A stretch of DNA of 62,829 nucleotides, the filler included, from Rhabdomonas costata (lineage: Eukaryota), in the NCBI GenBank assembly GCA_019059605.1. It is 39 parts of 39 records of this genome, joined end to end, with 100 filler letters (N's around TTAATTAATTAA, not from the genome) between each part and the next. Parts side by side here need not be neighbours in the genome. Positions count along the whole stretch, not along the records: positions 51,650 to 53,163 come from JAHMHO010014090.1; positions 53,264 to 54,777 come from JAHMHO010014091.1; positions 54,878 to 56,391 come from JAHMHO010014092.1; positions 56,492 to 58,005 come from JAHMHO010014093.1; positions 58,106 to 59,605 come from JAHMHO010014094.1; positions 59,706 to 61,218 come from JAHMHO010014095.1; positions 61,319 to 62,829 come from JAHMHO010014096.1; 32 more parts are not named here. One strand, 5' to 3'. The position numbers were made by a program, and so were the translations under genes. Positions 52,196 to 62,829 of this stretch are shown in pieces. Positions within the stretch are counted from its first letter, which is position 1; every line of letters begins with the position of its first letter. The notes below the pieces were generated by a model. That model was not told the DNA's origin and did not search any database. It worked only from the letters and a program-made list of their open reading frames with translations.

Positions 52196-53100
52196 ACGAC
52201 TCAGCTTGACATCGCACCCTCTGTCCCGGCGGGGCCGTGACGTAAGGGTGATGTAAGGGCATGTCGACGGAGGAGGCATGACCAGGCAGGAACACGTAAA
52301 TGCATCAGCGATAGGCGTAGGGATGCTAAAAGGGAGCCATGCGTAGAAGGAAGGCACCGCAGGTAGGAATGCCAAGAGGGTTCCTTCTTACACCCTTCAC
52401 TCTCTCAAAGCTGGTTGGATGTCCTGACACCTCTCAGTCCTCCTACGACTCAGCTTGACATCGCCCAACACCCTGCAGGGCCTTGACGCTAACACCCACA
52501 CCCTCCCACAGCCCTTGACCCCCCGTAGCGCAGCGTAGGACATCCTGACCGTCTTACATCCCTTGAGTGAGTGCATGGAGGCACCTTAGGGTGGCGGAAT
52601 GCACGAACCACGCATGTAGGATGGAAGGAGATGCGTAGCATCGACTGACCGACATCAACACCCTTTCTTACTGGTAGGCCCTCCCTGACGGTCGTGCCTC
52701 CTCTCTTCAACCCCTCTTACGTGTCGCCCTGGGCGGACTCCTCTTCGCATACTCTTACACTTCGGGTTTAGCTGGGGTTCATCCTTCATCCTTGCATACT
52801 AGCGGTGGAGTAGCGTTGGGTTAGCATCTGCATGACAGCTCAGCATCTACGGTGGCATTCTCCCTCTCCCTTCTGTCACCCTTGCACCATCCTTACACCA
52901 TCCTTACACCATCCTTACACCATGACATCCTGACATACACCGTAGCATCAGCGTTAGGAACCACCATCATCCTTGCTCTCAGCGTAATGGTAGGACATCA
53001 TCCTTACAGCAGCAGCATCCCTCACACCCACCCTTCCAACATCGTAGGGTTCATGCTACGGGTACAGCTTGACATCCGACATCTTTGCTGACAGGGTAGC
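52196..53100. pseudogene. Mosaic of divergent mitochondrial cox1/cob (possibly cox2) gene fragments
   Basis: 52368+ NAKRVPSYTLHSLKAGWMS(TGA)HLSVLLRLSLTSP has cox1 TM1 spacing; ~52538 GHPD-V-YI; ~52660 TLSYW..LTV and YVSPW (cob); 52735+ GLLFAYSY...G*HLHDSSAS (cob); ~52945 ASALGTTIILALSVMVGHHPY (cox1 HH). Confidence 0.55.
52885..52923 (+). repeat. 11-nt tandem repeat CACCATCCTTA x3.5
   Basis: Seen directly. Confidence 0.9.
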
Positions 53101-53652
53101 ATGCTTACTCTACTCATCACCCTAAGAGTGGGCATTGCTGCATAACACCAACACCCCAACACANNNNNNNNNNNNNNNNNNNNNNNNNNNNNNNNNNNNN
53201 NNNNNNNTTAATTAATTAANNNNNNNNNNNNNNNNNNNNNNNNNNNNNNNNNNNNNNNNNNNNGGGTGTTTGGGTTGGTGTTGGGATCAGTTCTGGGGGG
53301 CGATTTCTATCCAGTGTGTGGAGTGTGTGGAGATCGGGCTTGGCCATTCGTGCCACATCCATCTTGGGTTGAGTCAGATTGTTTGGGGTTGGGTTTAGCT
53401 GGGTTGTCGCGGGTTGGTGTTCGAGTTCGGGTTTGGGTTGAATTAGCGGTGCGGAGTTTCATCGATGCTGTCCTCAGATTACCAGAGGTGGGGCCGTGCA
53501 CCCGTTTTACGGTTCGGCGTGGGAGAGATGTCGGGAGGGTCTTCCCTGGTCATCGCCGTGGTCTTCATCCGCTCTCATCTCCACTTCCTTCTTTCCTTCT
53601 TCTCTCCTTCCTTCTTTCCTTTTTTCTTGCTTCCTGCTTTCCTAATCGAAAG

Positions 53653-54354
53653 GTATGGATGCCCTGGACTACGATGACCCGGAGTACTCCGCGGCGGTGC
53701 GGCGGGCCCTCCTGGAGGGCGGGCTTTTCCTGAACGTCGCCCGACTGGACCCTGGGCGCTGCCTCTATCGCACCCTCGCCGAGGGCCTGGAGCTCCCCGT
53801 GCTGTTTACTTGTTCCCGTGCTTCTGGTTTGTGTTCTAACCTTCCACCTGTGTCGGTCCCTTGTTGGTATTGTTCCGGGGTGTCCCATTCTCTTCCGGGC
53901 CTTTTTGCTTTGCTGGTTCCGCGCTTGTTTGCACTGTTGTGTGGCTGCATACACTTCACCCCCGCCTGCGCCAGCATGCCTTATTGTGCAACATGACATT
54001 GCAGTGGTGCGGGGATTCACGACCGCTGCGTGAATTTCCGTTGTCGAGGAGCGGACCTGTTTACCATGGCTGGCTGGCTTCTCTGCTTTTTGCTGTGATT
54101 AAGGCGTTTGGGAGTACGGGAACAGGTCATCTGCCCACTGATCTGCATTTTTGTTCTTTGTTGGGTCAAGAAAGAATGGATATGGTCTTGTTTGTGTTCA
54201 TGTGCTTGTTGGTTGGTGTTGTTGCTTGCTTTGGGGTAAGGCGGTGACGGGAAAGCTCAACGAGGATGTCCCCGTGGAGGCCACACGGCATCCCAGCCCA
54301 GCCTCGCGGCAGTTCTGCGAGAAGCACGGCCTGCACGAGCGCTCGCTGAGAGAG
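53653..54354 (+). CDS. DEAH-box RNA helicase C-terminal exons (53653-53798, 54241-54354)
   Basis: AVRRALLEGGLFLNVARLDPGRCLYRTLAEGLEL (pre-OB fold) and RQFCEKHGLHERSLRE (post-HA2). Confidence 0.65.
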
Positions 54355-55399
54355 GTCCGCCCTTTCCGCTTCCCACGCGCTTACACCCCCTCCCTCTTAC
54401 GGTGCGTTTGTGGCGGTGGAAGTGCGTGCAGCTTGAGATGGGGTGACTTCCTTAAAACTATGAACCATGTGGAACGTATCCAACCGGGCAGGTTCATCAG
54501 CACCCTGCTAATCGCCAACTCCTTGTCTCTCTTTGTTGCCCAAGTGGTTTTGCTTCTTGCCAAGGAAGAAACCAGTGGCGTGGTTGAGGTGCAAAAGGAC
54601 TAGCTTCCCTTCTCAGGTAATTTTTCCCTTGGCTATTTCAGTGTGGCGATTGGGAGCGGCTGTGTAGTAAGCAGTGGTGGGAATGTGTGTGTTCAGGCCG
54701 TGAGCATCCAGCTGCAGCTGGATGCTCACGGCCTGAACACACACATTCCCACCACTGCTTACTACACAGCCGCTCCCNNNNNNNNNNNNNNNNNNNNNNN
54801 NNNNNNNNNNNNNNNNNNNNNTTAATTAATTAANNNNNNNNNNNNNNNNNNNNNNNNNNNNNNNNNNNNNNNNNNNNGTGTTGGTGGAGAAAGACCGATG
54901 AACGATGTCAAGAAGAACGTTGCCCTTATACAGTATCCGAGCAAAGCGCAGCAGCGCAGGCACCACCGTTCTGAAAGAAATATCATTCTTTTCCTCTTTT
55001 TTTTTCGTTTGATCGAAAGACGGCTTGACGAAGGGAGGAGAAGAAGAGAGCGGCTAGCAGGGTCGCCATTTGCCTCCCTTGTGAAAATTAAGCGTGCGTC
55101 TAAGAGTGCCAAGTTACGCTACATACGTGTTCTCGCACAAACAAAATAATGATTGCATGTATCCGCCGTGTCATTTCCAGGATGTCTTGAATCGCGGATC
55201 GTAGCGAAGGCGCCTGCCACGTGCGACTTAATAGGGTTGTGGTGTATGTACGTGCACGCCCTCACAATGGCCTTAGCCATACACATCAGCTGTTTGTTTT
55301 TGAAGCTAACAAACCTTTCGAAGCTCAGGCTCCCGTCACAGCGCTTTCGACGCCTCTACGGGAGCTCCCTAACCCCTGTGCCTTGTGCTCACCCTGCAG

Positions 55400-56391
55400 G
55401 AGTTCCGAGCGTACCTCCCGGAGGCCGTGCTGGGGACCGCGGACGCGGACGCGGGTGAGGCTGAGGCCGCGAGCGAGGAAGGGGCCAACCCTGAGGAGCA
55501 AGAGAAGCCCGTTGCCACGGACAGCCCGCGGACCAGCAGCAACTGCCGTGTCGTCCCCGTGACGGGCTCCATTCCGCAAGCGCGGTCCCGTCCCGATGGC
55601 CCGCATGGGCTGGCCACCAGCCGAAGCTCGGAGACGATGGTCAGCGAGCACACCCCGGTGCAACGCAAACCCCGCCCGGGATCTGCGCGAAGGGGCTCTC
55701 GGGCCTCTGTGATGCCGCACTACGCCCCCAATGTGAACCGTCAGGTGGGCGTGCTGAGCCACCGCATGATCTCCGTGCTGCAGATGGACATGGGCGGGTT
55801 CCACCATCTTCTGGACGACGAGACCTCGCTGATCTCTATCCACTCCTCTGTGATTCAGGCCACCAGTCAGGTGTGCTTTCCATGTTGATCGTTAGTGCTT
55901 CGGTGATGACAGGGAACCTGCCATTCCAGACTCGTTGGTGGTTTTTTCCTCTGCGAGCACCTGTGTCAGGCCATTTGGGTTTCACCGCTGGGCCTATACT
56001 TTGCTTTGCTTGCTGCTTAAGGACAAAAGACCACCCTTGTGCCTTTGATTTAGAGGATTGGTTTTCGGTGTTAGAAAAGTGGGAAGAAGTGGGGCTCCCA
56101 GGTGGCTTGTGCACCATGATTGCGATTTCTCCTCTTTTGTTTGTTTCTTGAAGACCGATCACCTGTAATGGTCCCGATATGTACATGCGATGGGCGCTCC
56201 AATGACCACCGTTTCCCATTGACTCGTTCGCAGGCGATTCAGGCCCACGGGGGGCTCTCCACTCCCTTCGCCGGGGATAAGGTGCTGGCCTACTGGAACG
56301 TCCGCAACCTGCGCTCGGACCACGCCTCGCGATGCGTTGTGGCGGCGCAGGAGCTGCTTCAGACCGCGCAGAAGCTGGGGCTGAGTGTGCG
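55400..56391 (+). CDS. Class III adenylate/guanylate cyclase-like protein; exons 55400-55870 and 56234-contig end
   Basis: ISVLQMDMGGFH...AIQAHGGLSTPFAGDKVLAYWNV..HASR. Confidence 0.85.
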
Positions 56392-57217
56392 NNNNNNNNN
56401 NNNNNNNNNNNNNNNNNNNNNNNNNNNNNNNNNNNTTAATTAATTAANNNNNNNNNNNNNNNNNNNNNNNNNNNNNNNNNNNNNNNNNNNNGTGATGTTG
56501 GATCACCCTCCCCTGTCCCCACTCACCTCACATTATTTCATAGAAAAGGTGAATTTTGTAGATCCTTGGGTGGGGTCTTGGTAGGGGTCATAGGCACTGG
56601 AGACTGCCTCGTGCCCGCCGCCTCTGCTTCGTTTTGAGTTGGAATCAAGTGGGCTACTTTAAACAGCTTCCCTACTTGCTCACAGGCAACGTATAGGACA
56701 AAGGCCATTGCATACCATGCGGTCTTATCTCACCTACTTTCCGAGCTGGTTCACAACCCAACACCAGGCAGAGCGTTCAGGCAGCCCTCACCGTCACCGG
56801 TGGTTTATTGTGGCAGGGCTTCAATTCGATTCAGCAGAGATGGAGCGTGATGGAGCGTGGCTGAAACGCCCCAGGTAGGGTCTCGTTTTTTTTTGCTTGC
56901 TCGTGCAGATACGTTCCGATGGTGGTGGTGATGCAGCTTCTGGCCGAGGTGTGTTTGTTTCTTTGTGTGCCACCAGCGGGAGAGAATTTGAATCCCGCGG
57001 GAGGTGGAAATTACTTCCACCAAAACAATGCCTTGTGCACGTAGTGTGTCTGTGTGCAGTTGGACGAGGGTCTGACGCGGATCGGTTTGAGCTAGGCAGT
57101 TTTTCTTTTTCTAACACTTTATGTTTTTCAGTACCAGTCCTCCGTCAAATAAGACTTTGATTCGCCTTATTCGAAGCTGATGGAATGGACGGAATCGGCA
57201 CGTTGTGAGATGTTGAG

Positions 57218-57712
57218 GTGGGACGTGTGTTCCAGAATGCTGGGGCGGGGCTGAGCCTGGGGATGCGCCCCGTCGCGGTGACAGTGATGTTCGTGGACAT
57301 CGTGGACTTCACTCGGATGTGCGAGTGGGTCAGCCCAGACGTGCTGGTGGGGCTGCTGGGGGAGTACCTGGCCCACGCCTGCGGCTGCATTGTCAGCAGC
57401 TCAGGTGTGGCCCTTCTCCCTGCTGCTCACGACTTGGGAACAGGGGTAGTGATTCTGGTAACCGTCAACCGCCACTAACCGCCTTCTTTTGAGCTAGCAC
57501 ATGCAGTAACACGTATTACAGATCTCTAGAGGTCAGGCGCCGGCTGGCGCAGTTTGCCCATACCCTCCTGCACCAAATTGTGTTTATTTGTGTTTATTTG
57601 ATGGCGCGTTTTGCAAGTGTTGATCAATGATTTTGATAAACCCGGTATCCTCCCTTTCCGTGGTCACAGGGACTGTGGACAAGTTCATTGGGGACGCCGT
57701 GATGGCCTTCTG
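57218..57712 (+). CDS. Class III adenylate cyclase; exons 57218-57404 and 57670-57712
   Basis: VTVMFVDIVDFTRMCE..P..LV.LL.EY....I...G|TVDKFIGDAVMAFW. Confidence 0.93.
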
Positions 57713-58418
57713 GTTGTGCTACTTGCTTGCTTGCCCTCTTTTCCTCCCGATACGATTGTGCCCCGCTTCGAGCGGCTTGAAAAGCAGACCTTTCCCCAAC
57801 GCCGAGGCTTTTGCAAGTGCAGCTCTGTTGTCGTGATACGCTGATACGGTGCCTACCAGCTAAAACTGGATCATTCATCAGAGATCGATGCTGTATTTCA
57901 GAGAAAAAGAGATGTGCTGAGCCATTAGTTTAGACCAGTGACGGGAAACACAGGGAGCAGATTGGCACGGGATGACAGACAAGCGTAGAAGAGCCGACGA
58001 CGAACNNNNNNNNNNNNNNNNNNNNNNNNNNNNNNNNNNNNNNNNNNNNTTAATTAATTAANNNNNNNNNNNNNNNNNNNNNNNNNNNNNNNNNNNNNNN
58101 NNNNNGTGGGTGTTTATGTGGCCCAGCTCGTGTCGGAGGCTTAATGTCGCTTTAACGGTGACCTTTGGGCGGCATCTGTGTTTGAAGATGACGTGGCTGC
58201 AGTGATTGAGCATCACTGAAATGTGACGAAACCCGGCTGTTCTCTTTGGAATGAAATATTTCAAGTTGGCCATCTAACCTCCTACGAAGTTTCTGATGGA
58301 AATCCGCCGGTGGGGCGGGGGCAGAAGGATGCCTGGGCCACTGGCGTAAAGGAATCGTGCATGGAAATACGTGTATACTTTTGTGCGCCACCCTACCCTC
58401 ACCGCTCACTGCTTACAG

Positions 58419-59420
58419 GACTCTACTCAAATCGCGAAGAAGACTCAGATCGTGCAGTGCGTGGAGTACAAGGTGGCGCTGAAGATTTTGACCCGAACCA
58501 AGGAGATCGAGCGCGAGCTCGGAGGGTTTCCTGAGGCCGCCGTGGAACTGGCCCAGCTGACCATCCTGCTGCTGCAGATTCCGATGCTGCCGAAGCACAA
58601 GGTGATCTGCCAGAAGATGGCTGTGAAGCGCAACCTGGAGGCTGAGAACTTCGGTGTGTGGGCTGCCTTGAAAGGCTCGGGCGGGGGCCGTTAAATGTTA
58701 AAAGGTGCTAAAAGGTTGGGGATTTCGCGGATCGATTGGAATAACATTTCATTTCAGTGGGAGAATTGTGATAGGGCCCAATTGCCGCCGCGCGTCCGGA
58801 CGAGTGAGGCGAAGAGGGGCCATGGGGTGAGGGAGGCCATGCGTTTCTGTGATATGTGATGCTTGCGTAATGGCCGGAATTCTTTTTTCGATGCCCTTGT
58901 GTGCTACCTTCCTCGTGCCCTTCTGCGATAACCTGTTATGTACAACGCATCATTTAAAGCGTCCGCCCCCCTGCTCGTCCCCTCCCCTGCCCAGCAACTT
59001 CTGCACAGAGTCCTATGCTGTCGCTATTCTTGCCTTGTGTGCCCCTCAACATGGAACAATGGTGGACCTCTGGGGAGGGGGCTCTCCCTTTTGTCTGTCA
59101 AAGTCTAACAGCAGCAATTCCAATAAGTCAGAAAATCAGGAACGATTTGGAGTGGTAAACGTTTATCCCCCCCCTCACACACAATACAAATGGAAGTGGT
59201 TGCTCTCACGGTATTGTTAGCTGCGCTCTCCCATGTGTCTCACGGCTATGTTGAGCTATGTTGACGTTTCTGGCACATGGTAGGGGTGGCGGCGAGGGTG
59301 ATTCGGGAGCTGCTGGAGTGCAGCCCTGAGAACGTCAAGAGGGACCTGACGGAGAAGCTGGAGCAGTGCGAGGACCGGCAATTCAAGAATAGCCTCCCTG
59401 AGGCCTACTGCGCAGAGAAG
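58419..59420 (+). CDS. TSET/TPLATE complex TTRAY2 (TWD40-2)-like C-terminus (coatomer-alpha-related); exons 58419-58653 and 59284-59420
   Basis: QCVEYKVALKIL...ELAQL...IPMLPKHKVICQKMAVKRNLEAENFG|VAARVIRELL..SP parallels the plant TWD40-2 C-terminus (C.QYKIAV.LL...LPL.AKHRINCIRTAIKRNMEVQNY) as recalled. Confidence 0.7.
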
Positions 59421-59968
59421 GTTCCCTGCGCACATTCGTGCCAATGCTCCGCCTCGCCACCTTATACATCCAGTCAAGCTCATTACAGTGTCGCTGGTCC
59501 GCTGCTTCTGTGTAACACGTTGCGTGGTCAACCGCTAGGGCCAAAGGGAGCGCAGAGAGAGTTCCCAGAAAAAGAAGTCACCCTGGCCAAGTGCCCACAA
59601 AACAANNNNNNNNNNNNNNNNNNNNNNNNNNNNNNNNNNNNNNNNNNNNTTAATTAATTAANNNNNNNNNNNNNNNNNNNNNNNNNNNNNNNNNNNNNNN
59701 NNNNNTTGTTTGGGTCAACAAGGAAGGAAGGGTTTGCCTCCTCACAGCTGTGACTTTTCAAGCAGTGCCGACATGAGGCGACCTCAAAGACAGGGAAGAT
59801 AGGAAGGCAGGGACCAGTAGCAGCGACCTCACGTTGGAGCTTGTCCATTTTTGGAATTTACATGTATCAAATGTGTCAAGCCTTTCTTATGCTGACCATG
59901 CCTGAAAGCCAATGATTCCAAGGTTCCTTGTTCCAGCCTTCTGGTTTTTTCTTGGCCGCCTTTTGCAG

Positions 59969-61200
59969 CAGTCCGCGGGGTCTGTGCCGCGGCGAGTGCT
60001 GCGGTACCAGCCCTCCCCGTCGCAGGGCAGCCGCTCGCAACTCAGCACCGCGACGTCGTCGTACTCGGCGTGCGAGGACAGCTTCCTGATGCCCCCGGTG
60101 TGTGCTCTTTTCTCCAATTATGACGGCAAGTCAGTACGTCCAAGCAGAAGCTCCAGAATGTGTACACTAAGTTTTCAGGCCTCTTCGAAGGCACAACTAT
60201 GGTGGAAATCGAAAACCCAGTGGTTTAATGCATTTGCGCAGCCTTTAGTCTTTCTGCGCGCGCTGTGGACATTGTGGACATTACGGTGGACACTTTAAAT
60301 TTGCGATTGTAATGGGTTAGTCGCGTGCTTTTCTCCAAATTTTGTTTCTTCTTTCGAGTTCTGGGGGGGGGTCGGTAGAACTCCACGTTGCGCTGCAAAT
60401 GGCGACTGTGTGGCAATAACTCAGTGACTAGAATCATCGTCAACCGAGCTCGTTGGTTTTCCAGGCACTGGAACTCCGTCTTTGATGTGACTGGAACCGT
60501 TTTCAAAATCTTTTCTGTCTGCAGCTTTGCTCATGGAGCATTGCATGGGCTATACTCGTTTTAGGTGGGCATGAAATTACAATCGTACGTTTTCTTAAAG
60601 TTGGCTCATATTTCCTGAGGCACTGCAGCGGACCATAAACACATCATCCGCACCTCACCCCATTTCAATTTTTGTTCGATTTGCGCGCTGCTGCTGTCAC
60701 TTCTGCGCGTGCAGGAGTCTGTTTCGGACTTCAATTTCGACACGAGCTCGGCCTGCTCCGTAGTCATTGAGGTTCCCCCGCCGTCGTTTTGGTTTGGTTT
60801 GGTTTGGTTGGTGAGAGTGTGGCTCTGCCTAAAGGACGTCCTGAAGGCAACCAAGCCATACTCTCGACGCGGATACTGTGGATATGATCCTTTTGTATTG
60901 TCTGTCTGCGAACCTTCGCACCGAGTTGAACCCGGAGACAAGCAGGTTAACTGAGCCCTCGTGGACTTTGTTCGGTTTATCCCCGTAACCTCGGATGCAA
61001 TTGCTCAGGTTATCCTCATTTTGCTTTTGTTTTCAGCTGCTGTAATGTTTCGTTGACGCTCTCCCGTTCTTTTCTTCCAGGATGACTTCGAGGGCGACGA
61101 CGCAGCAGCAGAGGCAGACTTCTCGGTGACGGAGCCGCGCCTCTCCGCGGACCGCTGCACATCTGCCGTGGAGGCGGAGGCTGCGGCGAGCACACCCACC
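59969..61200 (+). CDS. Low-complexity Ser/acidic protein; exons ~59969-60098, 60715-60771, 61081-contig end
   Basis: Three phase-0 AG/GT-bounded GC-rich segments. Confidence 0.45.
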
Positions 61201-62829
61201 ACCAACCACACCCAACACNNNNNNNNNNNNNNNNNNNNNNNNNNNNNNNNNNNNNNNNNNNNTTAATTAATTAANNNNNNNNNNNNNNNNNNNNNNNNNN
61301 NNNNNNNNNNNNNNNNNNTCACTCCTCAAGAGTGCTGGTGACTAGCGGTCGTTCATATAGAGGGAAATGTATTTGATGTTTCTAACAGGTAGGTGGGGAG
61401 GGGCGGCTGGTTGTGGCTGTCCAGTCCACACCCTCTGGTGAACCGTTCAGTGCCTCCCTCCCATTCTCGCTCGCTCTGTGCACTGTGGCTATCTCCTTCT
61501 CAGGAATTTCCCCGTGGGTTTCCCCCTCGGACCCTAGGCATGTCCGGGTCCTGCCTTCGGCTCCCCCTGCCCCTGACCCAGAGGCACGTGGCATTTGGTG
61601 TATGTGATGTGTATGTGTGCATGGTCAATTACTGTAGCTGGTCCTTGGTTGCCGGAAAGGAGAATGGCGGGGGGGGCGGCTTCTGCAGACCCTCGATCCT
61701 CGCCCGATGCAAAGTGAAGGAGGTTTCTGGGCTTCGTCCATTGTTCCGCAGGCGAGAGCACCCCTGCATCACACAGAAGAACCGAAGGGCAACCGAAAAT
61801 GAGGGACTGGGTACCACTTTGGCGCAGCAGTGCAACATGGGGAACATGTGATTTTATTGTTGAAACGCAACCCGTTCTGGACTCTCTGTTCCCTCATTGC
61901 ACACCACTAAACCACCAGCACTAGCATACTGCCCCCCCCTCCCCAACGCGCCCTGGGCATTCAGCAGCGAAGTCCTCTGGGGTTGGCAGTTTCTGAATTG
62001 GTATTGCAAGTTATGGGAACCATGCCCTTAGGCGTCCGGATGCCCTTTTTTCTCCAGGAGTACCTCCACCAGGGAGAGCCATCCTCGAGCCGCCGCAGCG
62101 GCCGCGTTTCCTCTCCGCGGCCCCATGGTATCAGTGTTGGGTTCGGGTGCGGTTTTGCTTGCGCTTCAGCCCCGGCGATTTTTCATGGTGAACCCAATCG
62201 TTTCTGAAATGTTGCGAGGCTTGCTGTTCTGGAATGCCATATGCAGCAGCTTCAATTCGACAATCTTCGCCTTTCTCTGTTTTTCCTCCACGCTTTCCTT
62301 TGATCCTGTCGCAGAACACGGTTTGGGCGCTTTCTTTTTGCTTTTTGGCTTGAACTCACTCACCCTGCACACTGCTCACTGAAAAAAGTATCGAGAAAGT
62401 AGGCGACTTTATCGAACCAACATTTTCGCGTGTGAAGGCACCCAATATTTCTTCCTCAGGCGATGGGCGTCTTCGGGTAACAGACCTGAGAAGTAACAGA
62501 GTGTCGAGTCCACGGCCATAACTCCCGTGCATGTACATATGTCCTCTTTGTGTTTGTCAGAAGTACGGGTGGGGCCGGGAGTTTGGGGTGCTGGGTGCCG
62601 ACGATGAAAGAGAGCTGGTTTCCATTGCTCTGCTGTTTGTACTCTTTGTACGTTTATCTTGGGTCCCTCCTCCCGGGGTGCTGTCTGTTGAAGGGGCGGT
62701 GTTTGCCGCCCGTGTCACGGTTTGCTTTCCCTCCGCTTTCCAGCTCGCCTTGGAGGTCAATGTCAACCTCTATTGGGCCTCTATGCGAGGCTGCCGATCT
62801 CCGGATTCCCTCTCCCCCTCCCACACAAA

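Noticed and set aside
54652-54777. Perfect ~126-nt palindrome
   Set aside because: Ends exactly at the contig end; fold-back artefact.

Overview
This window is not one locus. It is 39 unrelated ~1.5-kb contigs joined by 38 artificial 100-nt spacers (N44-TTAATTAATTAA-N44). Most contigs start in G/T-only sequence and end in A/C-only sequence, and eight carry fold-back inverted repeats at one end, which points to K-primer whole-genome amplification (likely single-cell). The DNA is from an intron-rich flagellated eukaryote, inferred to be a euglenid or other non-kinetoplastid euglenozoan, with short GC3-rich exons and mostly GT-AG introns. Recognisable gene pieces are an axonemal dynein heavy chain, class III nucleotide cyclases and PstS-like/dCache sensor domains, a TSET TTRAY2-like subunit, LST8, Sec14, DHHC, IFRD, PPR, ARM, GPKOW/Spp2, a DEAH helicase, and a chorismate mutase running into a prephenate-dehydratase-like domain, plus decayed retrotransposons. 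Two regions stand out. (1) 44596-44895 is a bacterial-type unit (sigma70-like promoter, Leu-type tRNA with a UUA stop-reading anticodon, tRNA-Phe, possible bolA start) next to a nuclear PPR gene. (2) 52196-53100 is a mosaic of scrambled, divergent cox1/cob (possibly cox2) fragments in both orientations, linked by short repeats. All protein assignments are by-eye motif recognition; no searches were run.
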